In this document: piece by piece, positions 1 through 10,605 of the stretch
Layout of the letters: the number at the start of each line of letters is the position of its first letter
How positions within the stretch are numbered: the stretch's first letter is position 1
Assembly: GCA_023380635.1 (NCBI GenBank)
Contig: JAMCRP010000001.1
Span: 405,200-469,199 of the forward strand
Direction: 5' to 3'
Source: Patescibacteria group bacterium
GTDB taxonomy: Bacteria > Patescibacteriota > Microgenomatia > JAMCZE01
DNA length: 64,000 bases
The notes under the pieces: model-generated
Told to the model about the DNA's origin: nothing
What the model saw: the letters and a program-made list of their open reading frames with translations, nothing else
The model's database searches: none
Translations under genes and position numbers: made by a program

Positions 1-2823
1 ATTTTCGCAAAACAGAGAATGAGAACAGGCGAAATTTGAATTCTGGATCTCGTCACGAATCTTTAAAAGATCTTTCTTGGTTTGTTCCAGTTGGTCTTTA
101 GTCCGGATCGTGGTTACCTTGGTCGCGTTATCAAAAAAGTAGAAGGATAATTTTACTTTACTGATATCTTTACCTAAAACCCCCGGATCGGCGGCAGCCA
201 AAGCATAAATCGTTATCTGTAAATCTATGTCTATGTCCTTTTGTGATGGCACATTAGCTCCGGTTTTATAATCGATTATTTCAATTTCTCCATTTCCCAA
301 GTCGTCTACCCGGTCAATTTTTCCACCGACTTTTAATGTTGGGTCTACTCTTAAAGTGAATGGTTGTTCAAGAAATATCGGCTTAGCCTTTTTGTGAATT
401 TCCGTTTCCAGATAGCCAGTCAGGAATTTTTTGGCTTTTTCCAAAGTTTCCTGTTCGTGTTTCTTACTGGCATAACCTTCAACAATCCAATTTCGTTCCA
501 GACACTCTAAAATATTTCCGCCGTCGCGGTGATAATCCTTCAGGGCAAGATGGATTGAGTTTCCCATGGAAAGCGGCGCAGTTGTCGGGGTAGGAATTCG
601 TAAAATGTACCGGAGTTTGAAATGCAGAGGGCAATCTTTGAAAGCCTGAATGGCGGAATACGAAAGGTAATCAATCTTGACCGGTTCCGTGTTTTGGTGA
701 ACCGGTTCCAGAATCGGCTTTTCCCATTCAAACAGCGGTATCTGTCTTCCTTTTTCCTGTTTATTATTCCATATCTTTAATCCGTTATCTCCCAGCGCCT
801 CAATGACAAAAGGGGAAATTTTTCTTTCCCTTTTCCCCTCCCCATAATAGTTGGCCGCGGCCAAATACAGTCGCTCTTTTGTCCTTGTCATACCGACATA
901 AAACAATCGCCGCTCCTCCTCCAAGTGATAGTCGCCTTGGGGTAGAACTTCTTTGATAAGTTTATCCGGCACCGGAATTTGTTCCTTGCGTTCTCTAGTC
1001 GGAAATCTCCCTTCTACCAGGTTAGTCAAAAATACTACCGGAAATTCCAGACCCTTAGCCGAATGGACCGTTAAAATATTCACGGCATTATTACTGCTCC
1101 AATCGGTTTCGGCCGCTAACGGACTTTCGCCCATATCCATCGCTAAATCCAGATAATCAACAATTGCAAAAACACTGGCGTCAGCGTTAACCGATTCAAA
1201 AGTTTTCAGCCGGTCAAAAAATTTTGTGATGTTTAGCGCTTTGCGTTCTTCGGCCGCTGTTTTATAGTTGGCAACCATTTGCAACAGCCCCGAGTCCTGT
1301 AAAAAGTAATAAAGAATTTGTCCCCCGGTTTCTTTGGGAATTAATTTTTGGTGACGGTGGACCATGTCGACAAACTTTATTATTACCTCGTTGCGAGGCG
1401 CGAACGCAGTGAGCGCCGTGGCAATCTCACCTGATCCGGAAATTGCAGAAGCTACCGCACTTGCCGCTGCACTGGTCTGTAGTTCCAACTCTTCAAACAA
1501 GGAAACATTTTTCCTTTTGGCACTGTTTAAATAGTAAATCAGATCCCGTTGCGGGATATTCCAAACATCCATCGAAAGTACCCGGTATAAACTGACTGAA
1601 TCTGTAAAGTCCGCCAAGACCTTAAGATAGGCGATTAAATCTTTAACTTCCGGCTGTTTAAAAAGCGCCCCCGGCCCTAAAAACTGAAAAGGTATCCTGG
1701 CTCTTTCCAGAGCTTTCACAAACGGTTCGCTGTGATTATTTGCCCGGACAAGGATGGCAAAATCCTTCCATTCGTGTTTTTCTTTTTTCCCTATTTCTTT
1801 AATTTTCCCAATTACCATTTCCGCTTCTTCCTCCAGTCTGTCCGTATGAATCAACTCCGCCCCCGGCCCGTCTTTCACTTGCGAAACAAGATTTTTATTT
1901 ATTCCCAGTCTCGCTTCCAAAGTATCAGGATCGTTATTTTTTATTAACCTGTAAGCCGCGTCGAGTATCGTCTGGGTAGAACGGTAATTTTTAGTTAAAA
2001 CAATTTGTTTGGCTTTCGGGTAGTCTTTCATAAAAGAGAGGATATTGGAAATAGCCGCGCCGCGGAATTTATAAATGGACTGGCTGTCATCACCGACAAC
2101 TGTCAAATTGGGGTTACCCGCTGCCGGAGCCAGAAGTTTAATCAGGTCATATTGAGCAAAGTTGGTGTCCTGAAACTCATCAACCAGAATATATTTAAAC
2201 TGCTTCCGGTATCTTTCCAAAACATTTTTTCTTTCCCGGAAAAGTTTTAAAGTATTGCTGATTAAATCCGCAAAATCCATTACTCCTTCATCAACTTTCA
2301 GTTGTTCGTAGACCTTGTAAGCTTCTTCCAGTTCCGGATACTCCTCATTCTTGTATTCCGTTGGTTTTATGTCTTCATCTTTTAACCGGCTAAAATGGCT
2401 GACCATGCCATCGATAAATTTATAAGGGTTACCGCTGGGCCGAAAATTTTTCAAATTAAATTTCCAGAAATTTTTCTTAACCAGAAGGTAAGTTTCCGCC
2501 TCCGTGAGCAATTTATAGTGGGGGCTTAGGCCAATTTGCAACGCTTCGCTTTTGAGAATCCGGTCGCAAAAAGAGTGGAAGGTCATAATCCACATTCCGA
2601 AAGTCCCGTAGGGCAGCGCCTGATCTACCCGCTCTTCCATCTCCCGCGCCGCTTTTTCCGTAAAAGTGAGGGCTAAAATTTCTTCCGGGCGGGCCAGATT
2701 TTTTTCCAGAAGATGCTTAATTTTTTCGGTGACTACCGTGGTTTTCCCCGTCCCCGCTCCCGCCACTATCAACAGCGGCCCCGTTGTGTCCTCTACTGCC
2801 GCTAACTGCTCGGGGTTAAGCAT
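1..2823 (-). CDS. UvrD/PcrA-family ATP-dependent DNA helicase with a C-terminal RecB-type PD-(D/E)xK nuclease domain (AddA-like); 3' end runs off the window
   Basis: ATG at 2823 on the minus strand. N-terminus reads MLNPEQLAAVEDTTGPLLIVAGAGTGKTTVV (Walker A, helicase motif I). Reverse translation of about 1-1000 gives GKIDRVD...EIIDYKTG, a RecB-nuclease motif. No in-frame stop before position 1. Confidence 0.8.
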   Translation of the reverse strand, partial: MLNPEQLAAVEDTTGPLLIVAGAGTGKTTVVTEKIKHLLEKNLARPEEILALTFTEKAAREMEERVDQALPYGTFGMWIMTFHSFCDRILKSEALQIGLSPHYKLLTEAETYLLVKKNFWKFNLKNFRPSGNPYKFIDGMVSHFSRLKDEDIKPTEYKNEEYPELEEAYKVYEQLKVDEGVMDFADLISNTLKLFRERKNVLERYRKQFKYILVDEFQDTNFAQYDLIKLLAPAAGNPNLTVVGDDSQSIYKFRGAAISNILSFMKDYPKAKQIVLTKNYRSTQTILDAAYRLIKNNDPDTLEARLGINKNLVSQVKDGPGAELIHTDRLEEEAEMVIGKIKEIGKKEKHEWKDFAILVRANNHSEPFVKALERARIPFQFLGPGALFKQPEVKDLIAYLKVLADFTDSVSLYRVLSMDVWNIPQRDLIYYLNSAKRKNVSLFEELELQTSAAASAVASAISGSGEIATALTAFAPRNEVIIKFVDMVHRHQKLIPKETGGQILYYFLQDSGLLQMVANYKTAAEERKALNITKFFDRLKTFESVNADASVFAIVDYLDLAMDMGESPLAAETDWSSNNAVNILTVHSAKGLEFPVVFLTNLVEGRFPTRERKEQIPVPDKLIKEVLPQGDYHLEEERRLFYVGMTRTKERLYLAAANYYGEGKRERKISPFVIEALGDNGLKIWNNKQEKGRQIPLFEWEKPILEPVHQNTEPVKIDYLSYSAIQAFKDCPLHFKLRYILRIPTPTTAPLSMGNSIHLALKDYHRDGGNILECLERNWIVEGYASKKHEQETLEKAKKFLTGYLETEIHKKAKPIFLEQPFTLRVDPTLKVGGKIDRVDDLGNGEIEIIDYKTGANVPSQKDIDIDLQITIYALAAADPGVLGKDISKVKLSFYFFDNATKVTTIRTKDQLEQTKKDLLKIRDEIQNSNFACSHSLFCEN

Positions 2824-2885
2824 ATTTCCATATTAGGTTTTTAGTGCGAAAATACAATCTGTTATAAGGTTTCAAACTGGAACAA

Positions 2886-3566
2886 ATGAGGAAAATTGCC
2901 GGCTGGCTGTCAGATTACGAAGAACAACTTCTGGCCTATTTTGCCAAAAAAAGTCCCGGAACCATTGTTGAAATCGGCAGTTTTCAGGGGAAATCGACGG
3001 TGGCCATGGGACTGGCGACCAGAAATCTCATCTACGCCATCGATCCGCATCAAGGCCAAACTCAGGCTAATGGCAAAAAGGGCCTGCCGACTTACACCGT
3101 TTTTCTTAAAAACATTAAGAAATATCACTTGGATAAAGTTGTTCCCATCCGCAAAACTTCGGAAACCGCTAACAAGGGTTGGAAAAAGAAAATTTCCTTA
3201 CTGCACATTGACGGACTACATGAATACGAATTCGCCAAACAGGATTTAAAACTCTGGCTGCCCCATTTGGAAAATAATGGAGTTGTGATTTGCCACGACG
3301 CCTTTGCCCCTTTCCCTGAAGTCTGGCGTGCCGTGAGAGAAGAAATTTTTAACGGAAAATTTAGTTATATTGGTGTTTTGGATTCCCAGGTTTTTGCCGT
3401 TAAAGGCCGGGGGTGGAATTACCAGCAGCCGTTTATTATTCTGGCGTCAAATATCTGGCACAGCAATTTGCCGTATTCGGTTCGGGACTTTTTAGTAAAG
3501 CGAGTATTGAAGTCTTTCTATCTGAACAAATTTATTCTAAAAGAGATTTTTCGTCGGCCTCTTTAA
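2886..3566 (+). CDS. Class I SAM-dependent methyltransferase (TylF/CmcI-like O-methyltransferase type)
   Basis: Motifs EIGSFQGKST, HIDGLHEYE and VVICHDA typical of Methyltransf_24-type enzymes; 226 aa. Confidence 0.55.
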   Translation: MRKIAGWLSDYEEQLLAYFAKKSPGTIVEIGSFQGKSTVAMGLATRNLIYAIDPHQGQTQANGKKGLPTYTVFLKNIKKYHLDKVVPIRKTSETANKGWKKKISLLHIDGLHEYEFAKQDLKLWLPHLENNGVVICHDAFAPFPEVWRAVREEIFNGKFSYIGVLDSQVFAVKGRGWNYQQPFIILASNIWHSNLPYSVRDFLVKRVLKSFYLNKFILKEIFRRPL

Positions 3567-4452
3567 ATTTTTGCACGCTATCAACCTTTGTCGAAAGACT
3601 TAAAAATTGCGAGGAAACTTTAGACATGGTGGCGTAACTATTATTAATGTGAGTTTGTAAGGTAGAGAGCACTTCGGCAAACTTCGAAGTTTCGGTGTGA
3701 ATGGCCCGCAGTGCCTGCTGAATGGTTTTAATCTCAGAGGCAATTTTTTGGCCTTCAAAAGACAGAAGGACTGACCGCAAAAAGGCGTAAAAAGTTGACG
3801 GGCTAACGGGCATAACCCGCTGTTTGTAGGCATAATCCATGAGATTACTGTTGACGATTTCGTAGTACACCGCTTCTGAAGGAACATACATTAAGGCAAA
3901 ATCCACGGTTCCTTCGTCCGGCAAAATATATTTTTTAGAAATTTCATCAATGCGGTCTTTGACATCTCTTTGAAAGTCTTTTTCGTAGGTTTTGTCTTCG
4001 CACATGCGTTTGAAATTTTCCAGGGGAAATTTGGAATCGATGGGGATGATTCCGGAGGCGGTTTTAATGGCCGCGTCAACTTTGACCCCCGACCGAAAGC
4101 CATACTGTAGGTTAAAACTTTGCTTGGGCAGGCTCTCTTCTAGCAGTGTTTTTAACACCTGTTCCCCCAGCCCTCCTCGCAGCTTTGGCGACGCCAGGAA
4201 ACTTTGCAGATCCTTCATACTCCGGCCAATTTCTGAAAACTCCCCAATAGATTTAGCTGTCTGGGCCATCTGCCGGGTTTGTTCGTCCAGGCGGGTATTG
4301 GTGGACTTGAGCCATTCCACCAGAGCCTTGTCGTCAGCCGATTTAGTCTTTCGAAGAAGCAGAAAAACTATGATTATTGAGGATATAATGATAGCGGCAG
4401 TATTAATATCCATCGGCTTATGTTTTTTACCATATTTCTGCGCCGAATTCAA
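3532..4452 (-). CDS. rmuC: DNA recombination protein RmuC
   Basis: N-terminal TM helix, coiled-coil region, RGGLGEQVL motif and conserved RmuC C-terminal region (ILPDEGTVDFALMYVPSEAVYYE); 306 aa. Confidence 0.8.
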   Translation of the reverse strand: MNSAQKYGKKHKPMDINTAAIIISSIIIVFLLLRKTKSADDKALVEWLKSTNTRLDEQTRQMAQTAKSIGEFSEIGRSMKDLQSFLASPKLRGGLGEQVLKTLLEESLPKQSFNLQYGFRSGVKVDAAIKTASGIIPIDSKFPLENFKRMCEDKTYEKDFQRDVKDRIDEISKKYILPDEGTVDFALMYVPSEAVYYEIVNSNLMDYAYKQRVMPVSPSTFYAFLRSVLLSFEGQKIASEIKTIQQALRAIHTETSKFAEVLSTLQTHINNSYATMSKVSSQFLSLSTKVDSVQKFKEADEKSLLE

Positions 4453-4746
4453 AAATTCCTCCTTCCCCTTAAATTGTTTTTCCTCCTTATTCTGGTTTCT
4501 CTCATCGTTCTTATCGTTCTCAAGGCTCCGCCGGACATCGGCCTGATTACCCTGGTGGCCGTCTTGCTATTCTTGGTCCTGGCGATTATTGTCAGTTTTT
4601 TCCAAAGTAGCAAGACCTCCTTGTTTATTTCTCTAACCGCTTCCTTTCTTCTTTTTCTGCGGGCAGTCAGTCTGTTTAGTTTAATTAATATTGGCCTTTT
4701 TGCCGTTTTCCTGCTCCTTTTGGGTTTATATCTTCATAAAAAGTAG
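4420..4746 (+). CDS. Hypothetical small hydrophobic membrane protein (uncertain)
   Basis: 108-aa Leu/Phe-rich ORF with 3-4 predicted TM helices; overlaps the rmuC start divergently; could be a composition artefact of T-rich DNA. Confidence 0.25.
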   Translation: MFFTIFLRRIQKFLLPLKLFFLLILVSLIVLIVLKAPPDIGLITLVAVLLFLVLAIIVSFFQSSKTSLFISLTASFLLFLRAVSLFSLINIGLFAVFLLLLGLYLHKK

Positions 4747-4759
4747 TAAAATTAGCTTC

Positions 4760-6157
4760 ATGGAAAAGAAATTCTATGTCACGACCGCCATCGACTACAC
4801 CAATGACGTAATTCACATTGGCCACGCGTACCAAAAGATTCTGGCGGACGCCTTGGCCAGATATCACCGGCTCATTGGTAATCCGACCCGCCTACTGACG
4901 GGAACGGATGAACATGGGCAAAAAGTGCAAAAAAGCGCCGAGGCTAAAGGCATTTCGCCGAAAGAATACACCGACAAAATTGCCGCCGCGGATAAAAAAG
5001 AATGGGACAGCTTAAACATTTCTTACGACAGATTTATCAGAACTACCGACCAAGACCACATCGAATTCTCCCAGGAGTTTTACAAAAAATGTCAGGAGAA
5101 CGGAGATATTTATCTGGGAAAATACGAAGGTTTGTATTGTGAAGGCTGCGAAGCCTACTATGAAGAATCCGATTTAATTGAAGGTAAATGCCCGTTTCAC
5201 CCTAACAGAGAAATTCTGAAAATATCTGAAGAAAACTATTTCTTCAGGTTGTCAAAATACCAGGACTGGCTGGAAAAATACATCGAAAAACATCCGGAAT
5301 TTATCTGGCCGGAAAAGCACCGTAACGAAATTCTGAGTTTTATTAGAAGTGGCTTGCGGGATTTTTCCGTCAGTAGAAATAAAAAGAATTTATCCTGGGG
5401 CATTCCCGTCCCCGGCGACGACAATCAGGTGATCTATGTTTGGTTCGATGCCCTCATAAATTATCTAACTTATGGTGATGAAGAAGATTTCTGGCCGGCA
5501 AATGTTCATGTTCTTGGTAAAGACAACCAGAGATTTCATGCCATCTATTGGCCCGCCATGTTGAAATCGGCGGGCTACGCCTTGCCGAAAACAATTTTAG
5601 TCCATGAATTTATCAGTCTGAATGGCCAAAAAGTCAGTAAAAGCCTGGGGAACGTTATCCTTCCATCAGAGCTGGTAGAAAAATACGGAACCGATGCCGT
5701 TCGATATTACTTTTTGCGCTATGGTCCTTTGACCGCGGATATTGATATTACCGACGAAAAACTGACGGAAGTTTATAACGCCGATTTGGCTAATGGATTG
5801 GGAAATCTTATCTCCCGTATTGGCCGGCTGGGAGAAAAAGCCGCTTATGTTCCCAAAAGTGTTAATCACGAACTCTATCCGGAAGTGCAAAAAGCCCTGG
5901 AAAATTTTCGGGTCGATCAGGCCTTGGAATTTATCTGGACCAAAGTTAGAGAGTGTGATGTCGATCTGGATACTGCTAAACCTTGGGCCGTTCCCGGTAC
6001 TCAGTTACGCGCGTTTTTAGACAGTATCGTTCCGAAAATCCAAAACTTGAGTTATAACCTGACGCCATTTTTGCCCGAGGTTTCCAAAAAAATTGAGGAT
6101 CAGTTTTCCCAGCGGATTTACTATCAAGATCCCCTTTTCCCGAGGATTAGTATATGA
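4760..6157 (+). CDS. metG: Methionine--tRNA ligase (class I; short form without C-terminal tRNA-binding domain)
   Basis: HIGH motif (VIHIGHAY), KMSKS-type motif (KVSKSLGN) and CxxC zinc knuckles. Start chosen at MEKKFYVTTAIDY (ATG 4760) inside track ORF 4691-6157. Confidence 0.9.
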   Translation: MEKKFYVTTAIDYTNDVIHIGHAYQKILADALARYHRLIGNPTRLLTGTDEHGQKVQKSAEAKGISPKEYTDKIAAADKKEWDSLNISYDRFIRTTDQDHIEFSQEFYKKCQENGDIYLGKYEGLYCEGCEAYYEESDLIEGKCPFHPNREILKISEENYFFRLSKYQDWLEKYIEKHPEFIWPEKHRNEILSFIRSGLRDFSVSRNKKNLSWGIPVPGDDNQVIYVWFDALINYLTYGDEEDFWPANVHVLGKDNQRFHAIYWPAMLKSAGYALPKTILVHEFISLNGQKVSKSLGNVILPSELVEKYGTDAVRYYFLRYGPLTADIDITDEKLTEVYNADLANGLGNLISRIGRLGEKAAYVPKSVNHELYPEVQKALENFRVDQALEFIWTKVRECDVDLDTAKPWAVPGTQLRAFLDSIVPKIQNLSYNLTPFLPEVSKKIEDQFSQRIYYQDPLFPRISI

Positions 6158-6849
6158 CCACTGTAATCACTACTTCGTGGGTACTTCGCACAAAGAATGA
6201 AGAAAAACACATCGGAGAAGTTCTAGAGATGCTTAAAAACCAGACACGAAAGGATTTTGAAATAATTGTTATTGATTCGGGTTCAACAGATGGAACACTG
6301 GAAATAGTCAGGAAGTACCCTATCAGACTAATTAGTATTAAGCCTGAAGAGTTTAATTATAGTTACGCCTTGAATCGAGCCATCAAATTCGCCCGCGGGC
6401 AATATATTGGCATTCTTAGCGGTCACAGCATACCAATAACTGCTTCTTTCTATGAAGATGGTCTAAAGCTTTTCTCGGATTCTAAAGTTGCCGCTATCTC
6501 AGGACATTATGTCGATGAAAATTTTAAAATAGGAAAGAAACTTGTGTTGCGTAGAAAAGAACAACATTTTATTGCGGACATGACGAATACTAATAGTATG
6601 ATTAGAAAGAAACTTTGGAAAAGTTATCATTTTGACGAAAAACTAATGTTTGGGTGCGAAGATTATGATTGGGCCTTAGAAATGCTTGCCCGCGGCTATG
6701 ATGTTGTTAAAGTTCCTGCTTTCTCTACAATCTATTATCGAGTAAACGGCAAACCATCTTATTGGAAAATGAAACCTATCTGGAATCAGGTTTGTAAGGA
6801 ACTTCGCCAAAAACGCCGGCCATCAAAATCGTTTAGTATTCTTAACTAA
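6154..6849 (+). CDS. Family 2 glycosyltransferase
   Basis: VIDSGSTDGT, CEDYDW (DxD-like) and GT-A fold signature; 231 aa; start overlaps metG stop by 4 nt. Confidence 0.8.
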   Translation: MTTVITTSWVLRTKNEEKHIGEVLEMLKNQTRKDFEIIVIDSGSTDGTLEIVRKYPIRLISIKPEEFNYSYALNRAIKFARGQYIGILSGHSIPITASFYEDGLKLFSDSKVAAISGHYVDENFKIGKKLVLRRKEQHFIADMTNTNSMIRKKLWKSYHFDEKLMFGCEDYDWALEMLARGYDVVKVPAFSTIYYRVNGKPSYWKMKPIWNQVCKELRQKRRPSKSFSILN

Positions 6850-6850
6850 A

Positions 6851-7579
6851 ATGCTCGTCGATACTCATGCCCATATTAGCGGACCGGTTACGGGAGTAGA
6901 TAAGGTTATTAATGTCGGAACTTCCCTGGAAGACAGCGAAAAAGCTATCGAGTTGGCCAAAAAATATGACAATATTTTCGCGGCTGTCGGCATTCATCCG
7001 GTCGACAATCCGACCTTAACTATTAATAGTATTGACTGGCTAAAGTTTGAAGAGCTGGCCAAACAACCAAAAGTCGTCGCCATTGGTGAATGCGGTTTGG
7101 ACTATCACCAAAACCAGGACAAGGACAGACAGAGGGCAATATTTTCTAAACAAATCGAAATTGCCGCGAAGTTAAATCTGCCGTTATCTATACATATTCG
7201 TGATGCTCGGGCAGATTTAATGGAGAGATTTGGAGAGATTTTATCCGGTAATCAGGGTGTCTTTCACTGCTTTAGCGGCGATACGAATTACCTGAATTTT
7301 ATTCTGGAGAAATTACCGACTTTTTACATCTCTTTTGCCGGCAATCTAACTTTTAGGAATGCCAAGGAACTGCAGGAGTTGGCTAAAATAGTACCTTTTG
7401 AAAAAATACTGATAGAAACCGACTCGCCATATTTGGCCCCCGAACCCTACCGTGGTTCGCAAAACTCCCCGGCGAATGTTAAAATTGTGGCGTCAAAACT
7501 GGCTGAACTGAAAGGCGTTAGTTTGGAAGAAATTGAAACAATTACGGCCACTAATGCCGCTTTTTTGTTCGGAATATGA
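6851..7579 (+). CDS. TatD-family metal-dependent DNase/hydrolase
   Basis: MLVDTHAH, GECGLDY, FHCFSG and IETDSPYL motifs of TatD; 242 aa. Confidence 0.85.
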   Translation: MLVDTHAHISGPVTGVDKVINVGTSLEDSEKAIELAKKYDNIFAAVGIHPVDNPTLTINSIDWLKFEELAKQPKVVAIGECGLDYHQNQDKDRQRAIFSKQIEIAAKLNLPLSIHIRDARADLMERFGEILSGNQGVFHCFSGDTNYLNFILEKLPTFYISFAGNLTFRNAKELQELAKIVPFEKILIETDSPYLAPEPYRGSQNSPANVKIVASKLAELKGVSLEEIETITATNAAFLFGI

Positions 7580-9081
7580 ACGAAAGAATTATTAATTACA
7601 TTAACTACCACCCCGTCAAAACTCAGCGGGCCCTGGAAATTGCCACCGGCCTGGTTCCCTGGCTGATTATCGCCTGGGTCATCGGGGGCAGTTTTGTTAT
7701 TCCGGAAATTGTCGCCTATTTTGTCATCGCCTTTAATATCTACTGGCTTTACCGCTCAGCCCAGCTGGCCTGGCACGCCACTTTAGGATATCTCAACATC
7801 CGGGCTACCCAAAAAGTTGACTGGCGCCAAAAATTCGACGCTCTTCCCGATCATCAAAAAATCTGGAACATTGTTATTATTCCCAATGTCAAAGAACCAG
7901 TGGAACTTTTGGAACGGAATTTAAATTCTCTTTTAACCCAAAATTTTCCGGTTAAAAAATTAATAGTAGTTTTGGCAATGGAAGAACGGGCCGGCGAGGA
8001 AGCCCACCGGCGGGCGGATTATTTGCTGAAAAAATATCGCGGCAAATTTGGAGAGCTGATTGCTACCTTTCATTCCCTAAAACCCGGCGAAACTATCGGC
8101 AAACACAGTAATGAAGCTTACGCGGCCAAAGTGGCCAAGAAACTTTTGATTGATAAAGAGCGTGTCCCGATCGAAAATGTTTTAATTACAACGAGCGACA
8201 TCGATTGTGTTTTCCCGCCACAATATTTTTCCCTCTTAACCTACAAATTCCTGACTTCCAAACAGCCGTTTAACGAATTTTTCCAGGCCCCGCTTTTTAT
8301 GTACAACAACATTTCCCGCGTTCCGCTTTTGATCCGTTTCCCCGCTATTATCAGCGGCGTTTATTTTCTGTCAATTTTGCAAAAATACAGCAAACGCTTT
8401 TTGAATTTTTCGACTTATTCGCTTTCCCTCAAACTTTTGGACAGCGTCGGCTACTGGGATCTGGATGTTATTCCCGAAGACGCCCATTTGTATTACAAAT
8501 GCTACTTTGCTAACAAAGGTAACATCACTGTGGTCCCGATTTTTCTGCCCATTACCATTGACGCCGCCGAATCGTCATCCCGCTGGCAAACTTATAAAAA
8601 CAGTTATCAGCAAAACAAACGTTGGGCGTGGGGCGTGGTAGATATTCCCTATGTTGTTAAAAACTTTTTCCTCCATCCGGAAATTCCTTTGTGGGATAAA
8701 CTGGTGAAATTATCTTTGGCTTTGGAATGGCATTTTTCCTGGTCCACTTCTTGGTTTTTGATTACTCTCGGAGCCACTATTCCGACTGTTTTAAATCCCG
8801 CTTTCGCCCGGACCACTCTGGGCTACAATCTCTCCCGAACTAGCAGTTTGATTTTGACGATTTGCGTTATCGGAGCCATTGCTATTACCGTTTATGATAA
8901 TTTACTTAATCCGCAGAAGAAAAATAAAGTCCTCGTCTTTTTTCATCCCCTAACTTATTTGCAATGGTTGTTACTGCCGGTAACCGGCTTGATTTTTGGG
9001 TCACTGCCGGGTCTGGAATCCCAAACCAGGTTAATGCTTGGAAGATATCTCGGGTACCACGTAACTGAGAAGAAGGCCTAA
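7576..9081 (+). CDS. Membrane-embedded glycosyltransferase (GT2-like core with N- and C-terminal TM segments)
   Basis: 501 aa. TM helices flank a cytoplasmic region with a DxD-like motif (TSDIDC) and a QxxRW-like motif (QQNKRWAWG) reminiscent of processive GT2 synthases. Confidence 0.5.
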   Translation: MNERIINYINYHPVKTQRALEIATGLVPWLIIAWVIGGSFVIPEIVAYFVIAFNIYWLYRSAQLAWHATLGYLNIRATQKVDWRQKFDALPDHQKIWNIVIIPNVKEPVELLERNLNSLLTQNFPVKKLIVVLAMEERAGEEAHRRADYLLKKYRGKFGELIATFHSLKPGETIGKHSNEAYAAKVAKKLLIDKERVPIENVLITTSDIDCVFPPQYFSLLTYKFLTSKQPFNEFFQAPLFMYNNISRVPLLIRFPAIISGVYFLSILQKYSKRFLNFSTYSLSLKLLDSVGYWDLDVIPEDAHLYYKCYFANKGNITVVPIFLPITIDAAESSSRWQTYKNSYQQNKRWAWGVVDIPYVVKNFFLHPEIPLWDKLVKLSLALEWHFSWSTSWFLITLGATIPTVLNPAFARTTLGYNLSRTSSLILTICVIGAIAITVYDNLLNPQKKNKVLVFFHPLTYLQWLLLPVTGLIFGSLPGLESQTRLMLGRYLGYHVTEKKA

Positions 9082-10605
9082 AACAACGATACCAAAAACT
9101 CCAAGTGATAAAAGATCTACTGTTTTTCGTAGCGGTGTTTCTGTAAAGATTGTTTTTATCTGATGGGTTCCCGGCAAAACAAGGTAATTTATTTTGCCGT
9201 TATCATAGTTTATCGGCGTCTCCACTCCGTCAACAAAAACCTCCCAGCCGGGATAATACATGGTGTTTTCCGTTACTAAACCGGACTTACCGACGTTATT
9301 AATCACGTAATCATGTTCGTTGGTTTTCCAAAGAGTGATCTGATAGTTGGCGTTTTCAATTTTTTGCGCGGGGATACTATCTGGTTTAGGAACCAGCCAA
9401 CGGGTCGCCTGTTCGTGTGCCCAAGTGGTCGAGCCAGGAATGGCATCGCCGGGAAAAACTGGAGCATATTCCGTCTGGTTGCGCCACCAAGTGTAACTGA
9501 CGGACAGAATAGTTAGGACTACTAAAATAATAACGGCTTTTCTTGAAGCTTTAGCCGCCGCTACCCCCATTGCCCCCAAGACCGCCATGGCCGGTAGTGT
9601 CAGCATGGTAAACCGCCAGGGGAACTGGACAAACGGCAGGAGAGGCACATGATCCCAAAATATTTTAGAGATCGGAAGCATGAAGAAAATCGAAACCAAA
9701 AACATTAACAGGGAAAAGACCAGCAGAATGTTCCGGCGAATATACCTCAAGGCGACAACAACCAGCGCCAGTTGGATCCAACCAAGATTTAAAGGTACTG
9801 CTCCAAAACTCCAGCGCGGATCGATTAGCTGTAACGGACTGACGAAATAGTTGGGATAATCTTTGGCAATCGTTAAATCCAGAAAGGTCCATTTCTTCTC
9901 ATAAAGGGCTGGCACCAGGAAAAAGGCCGCCATTAAAATTCCCAGAGCAAAAGCGACCGCACCTTTAACCAAAGGAATAATTGATTTGTTAGCTACTCCC
10001 AAAATTGCCAGATAGCCAAAGAAAAAAGCGGCCAAAAGCATGGCCGAAATATTGTGAGAAACCCCCAAAGCTCCGACTATTAAAGCCACCCATAAAATAT
10101 TTCTTTTACCTTTCGTTGTTAATGTTTCCGCACTCCAAAGAAGAAGTGGCGGAAAAATAAATGCTATTGCTTCAGCCACTGACCCCCGGACATAAATATT
10201 ACTCATTCGGTAAGGGGCATACATATAAAGCACCGCTCCCAAAACCGCATACTCCCCCTTTATTTTGCGCCGCAGATACCAGTACATTAGAAGTCCTGAA
10301 AGAACAAAAGATCCGGCCGTTTCCAGTTTCATAGCGTCCGCGGCCGAAAGACCCGGAGCCATAAGAGCCGCGCCGAGGTAATAAATTGACGGATAATTAA
10401 AATTAAAGAAAGGATAACCATATCCGTAATAAAGCCTTTCCGACCAGCGCACCGGAATATTGCCATCTTTTAAGGAGCGATAAAACTCTTCCATCCGGAT
10501 TACATGGCCGATGCCGTCGTGGGAAGAGTAATAGCCGGGCAGGGCCAGATCCATAATTCCAAAGAGAGAAAGAAGGAGTACAATTATAATTGTGAGCCGC
10601 TTCAT
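9031..10605 (-). CDS. Polytopic GT-C-fold membrane protein (YfhO/ArnT-like putative glycosyltransferase)
   Basis: 524 aa with more than 10 predicted TM helices; N-terminal HDGIGH motif and a C-terminal soluble beta-rich domain. Confidence 0.5.
   Translation of the reverse strand: MKRLTIIIVLLLSLFGIMDLALPGYYSSHDGIGHVIRMEEFYRSLKDGNIPVRWSERLYYGYGYPFFNFNYPSIYYLGAALMAPGLSAADAMKLETAGSFVLSGLLMYWYLRRKIKGEYAVLGAVLYMYAPYRMSNIYVRGSVAEAIAFIFPPLLLWSAETLTTKGKRNILWVALIVGALGVSHNISAMLLAAFFFGYLAILGVANKSIIPLVKGAVAFALGILMAAFFLVPALYEKKWTFLDLTIAKDYPNYFVSPLQLIDPRWSFGAVPLNLGWIQLALVVVALRYIRRNILLVFSLLMFLVSIFFMLPISKIFWDHVPLLPFVQFPWRFTMLTLPAMAVLGAMGVAAAKASRKAVIILVVLTILSVSYTWWRNQTEYAPVFPGDAIPGSTTWAHEQATRWLVPKPDSIPAQKIENANYQITLWKTNEHDYVINNVGKSGLVTENTMYYPGWEVFVDGVETPINYDNGKINYLVLPGTHQIKTIFTETPLRKTVDLLSLGVFGIVVLGLLLSYVVPEISSKH

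Noticed and set aside
540-2250. Track ORFs 540-731(-), 953-1156(+), 1732-1947(+) and 2005-2250(+)
   Set aside because: All lie inside or antisense to the long helicase-nuclease gene that spans 1-2823 on the minus strand; they have no independent support.
2896-4546. ORFs overlapping the methyltransferase and rmuC in other frames (2896-3249+, 2910-3128-, 3600-3887-, 3891-4103-, 3992-4546+)
   Set aside because: Shadow ORFs inside better-supported genes with recognisable motifs.
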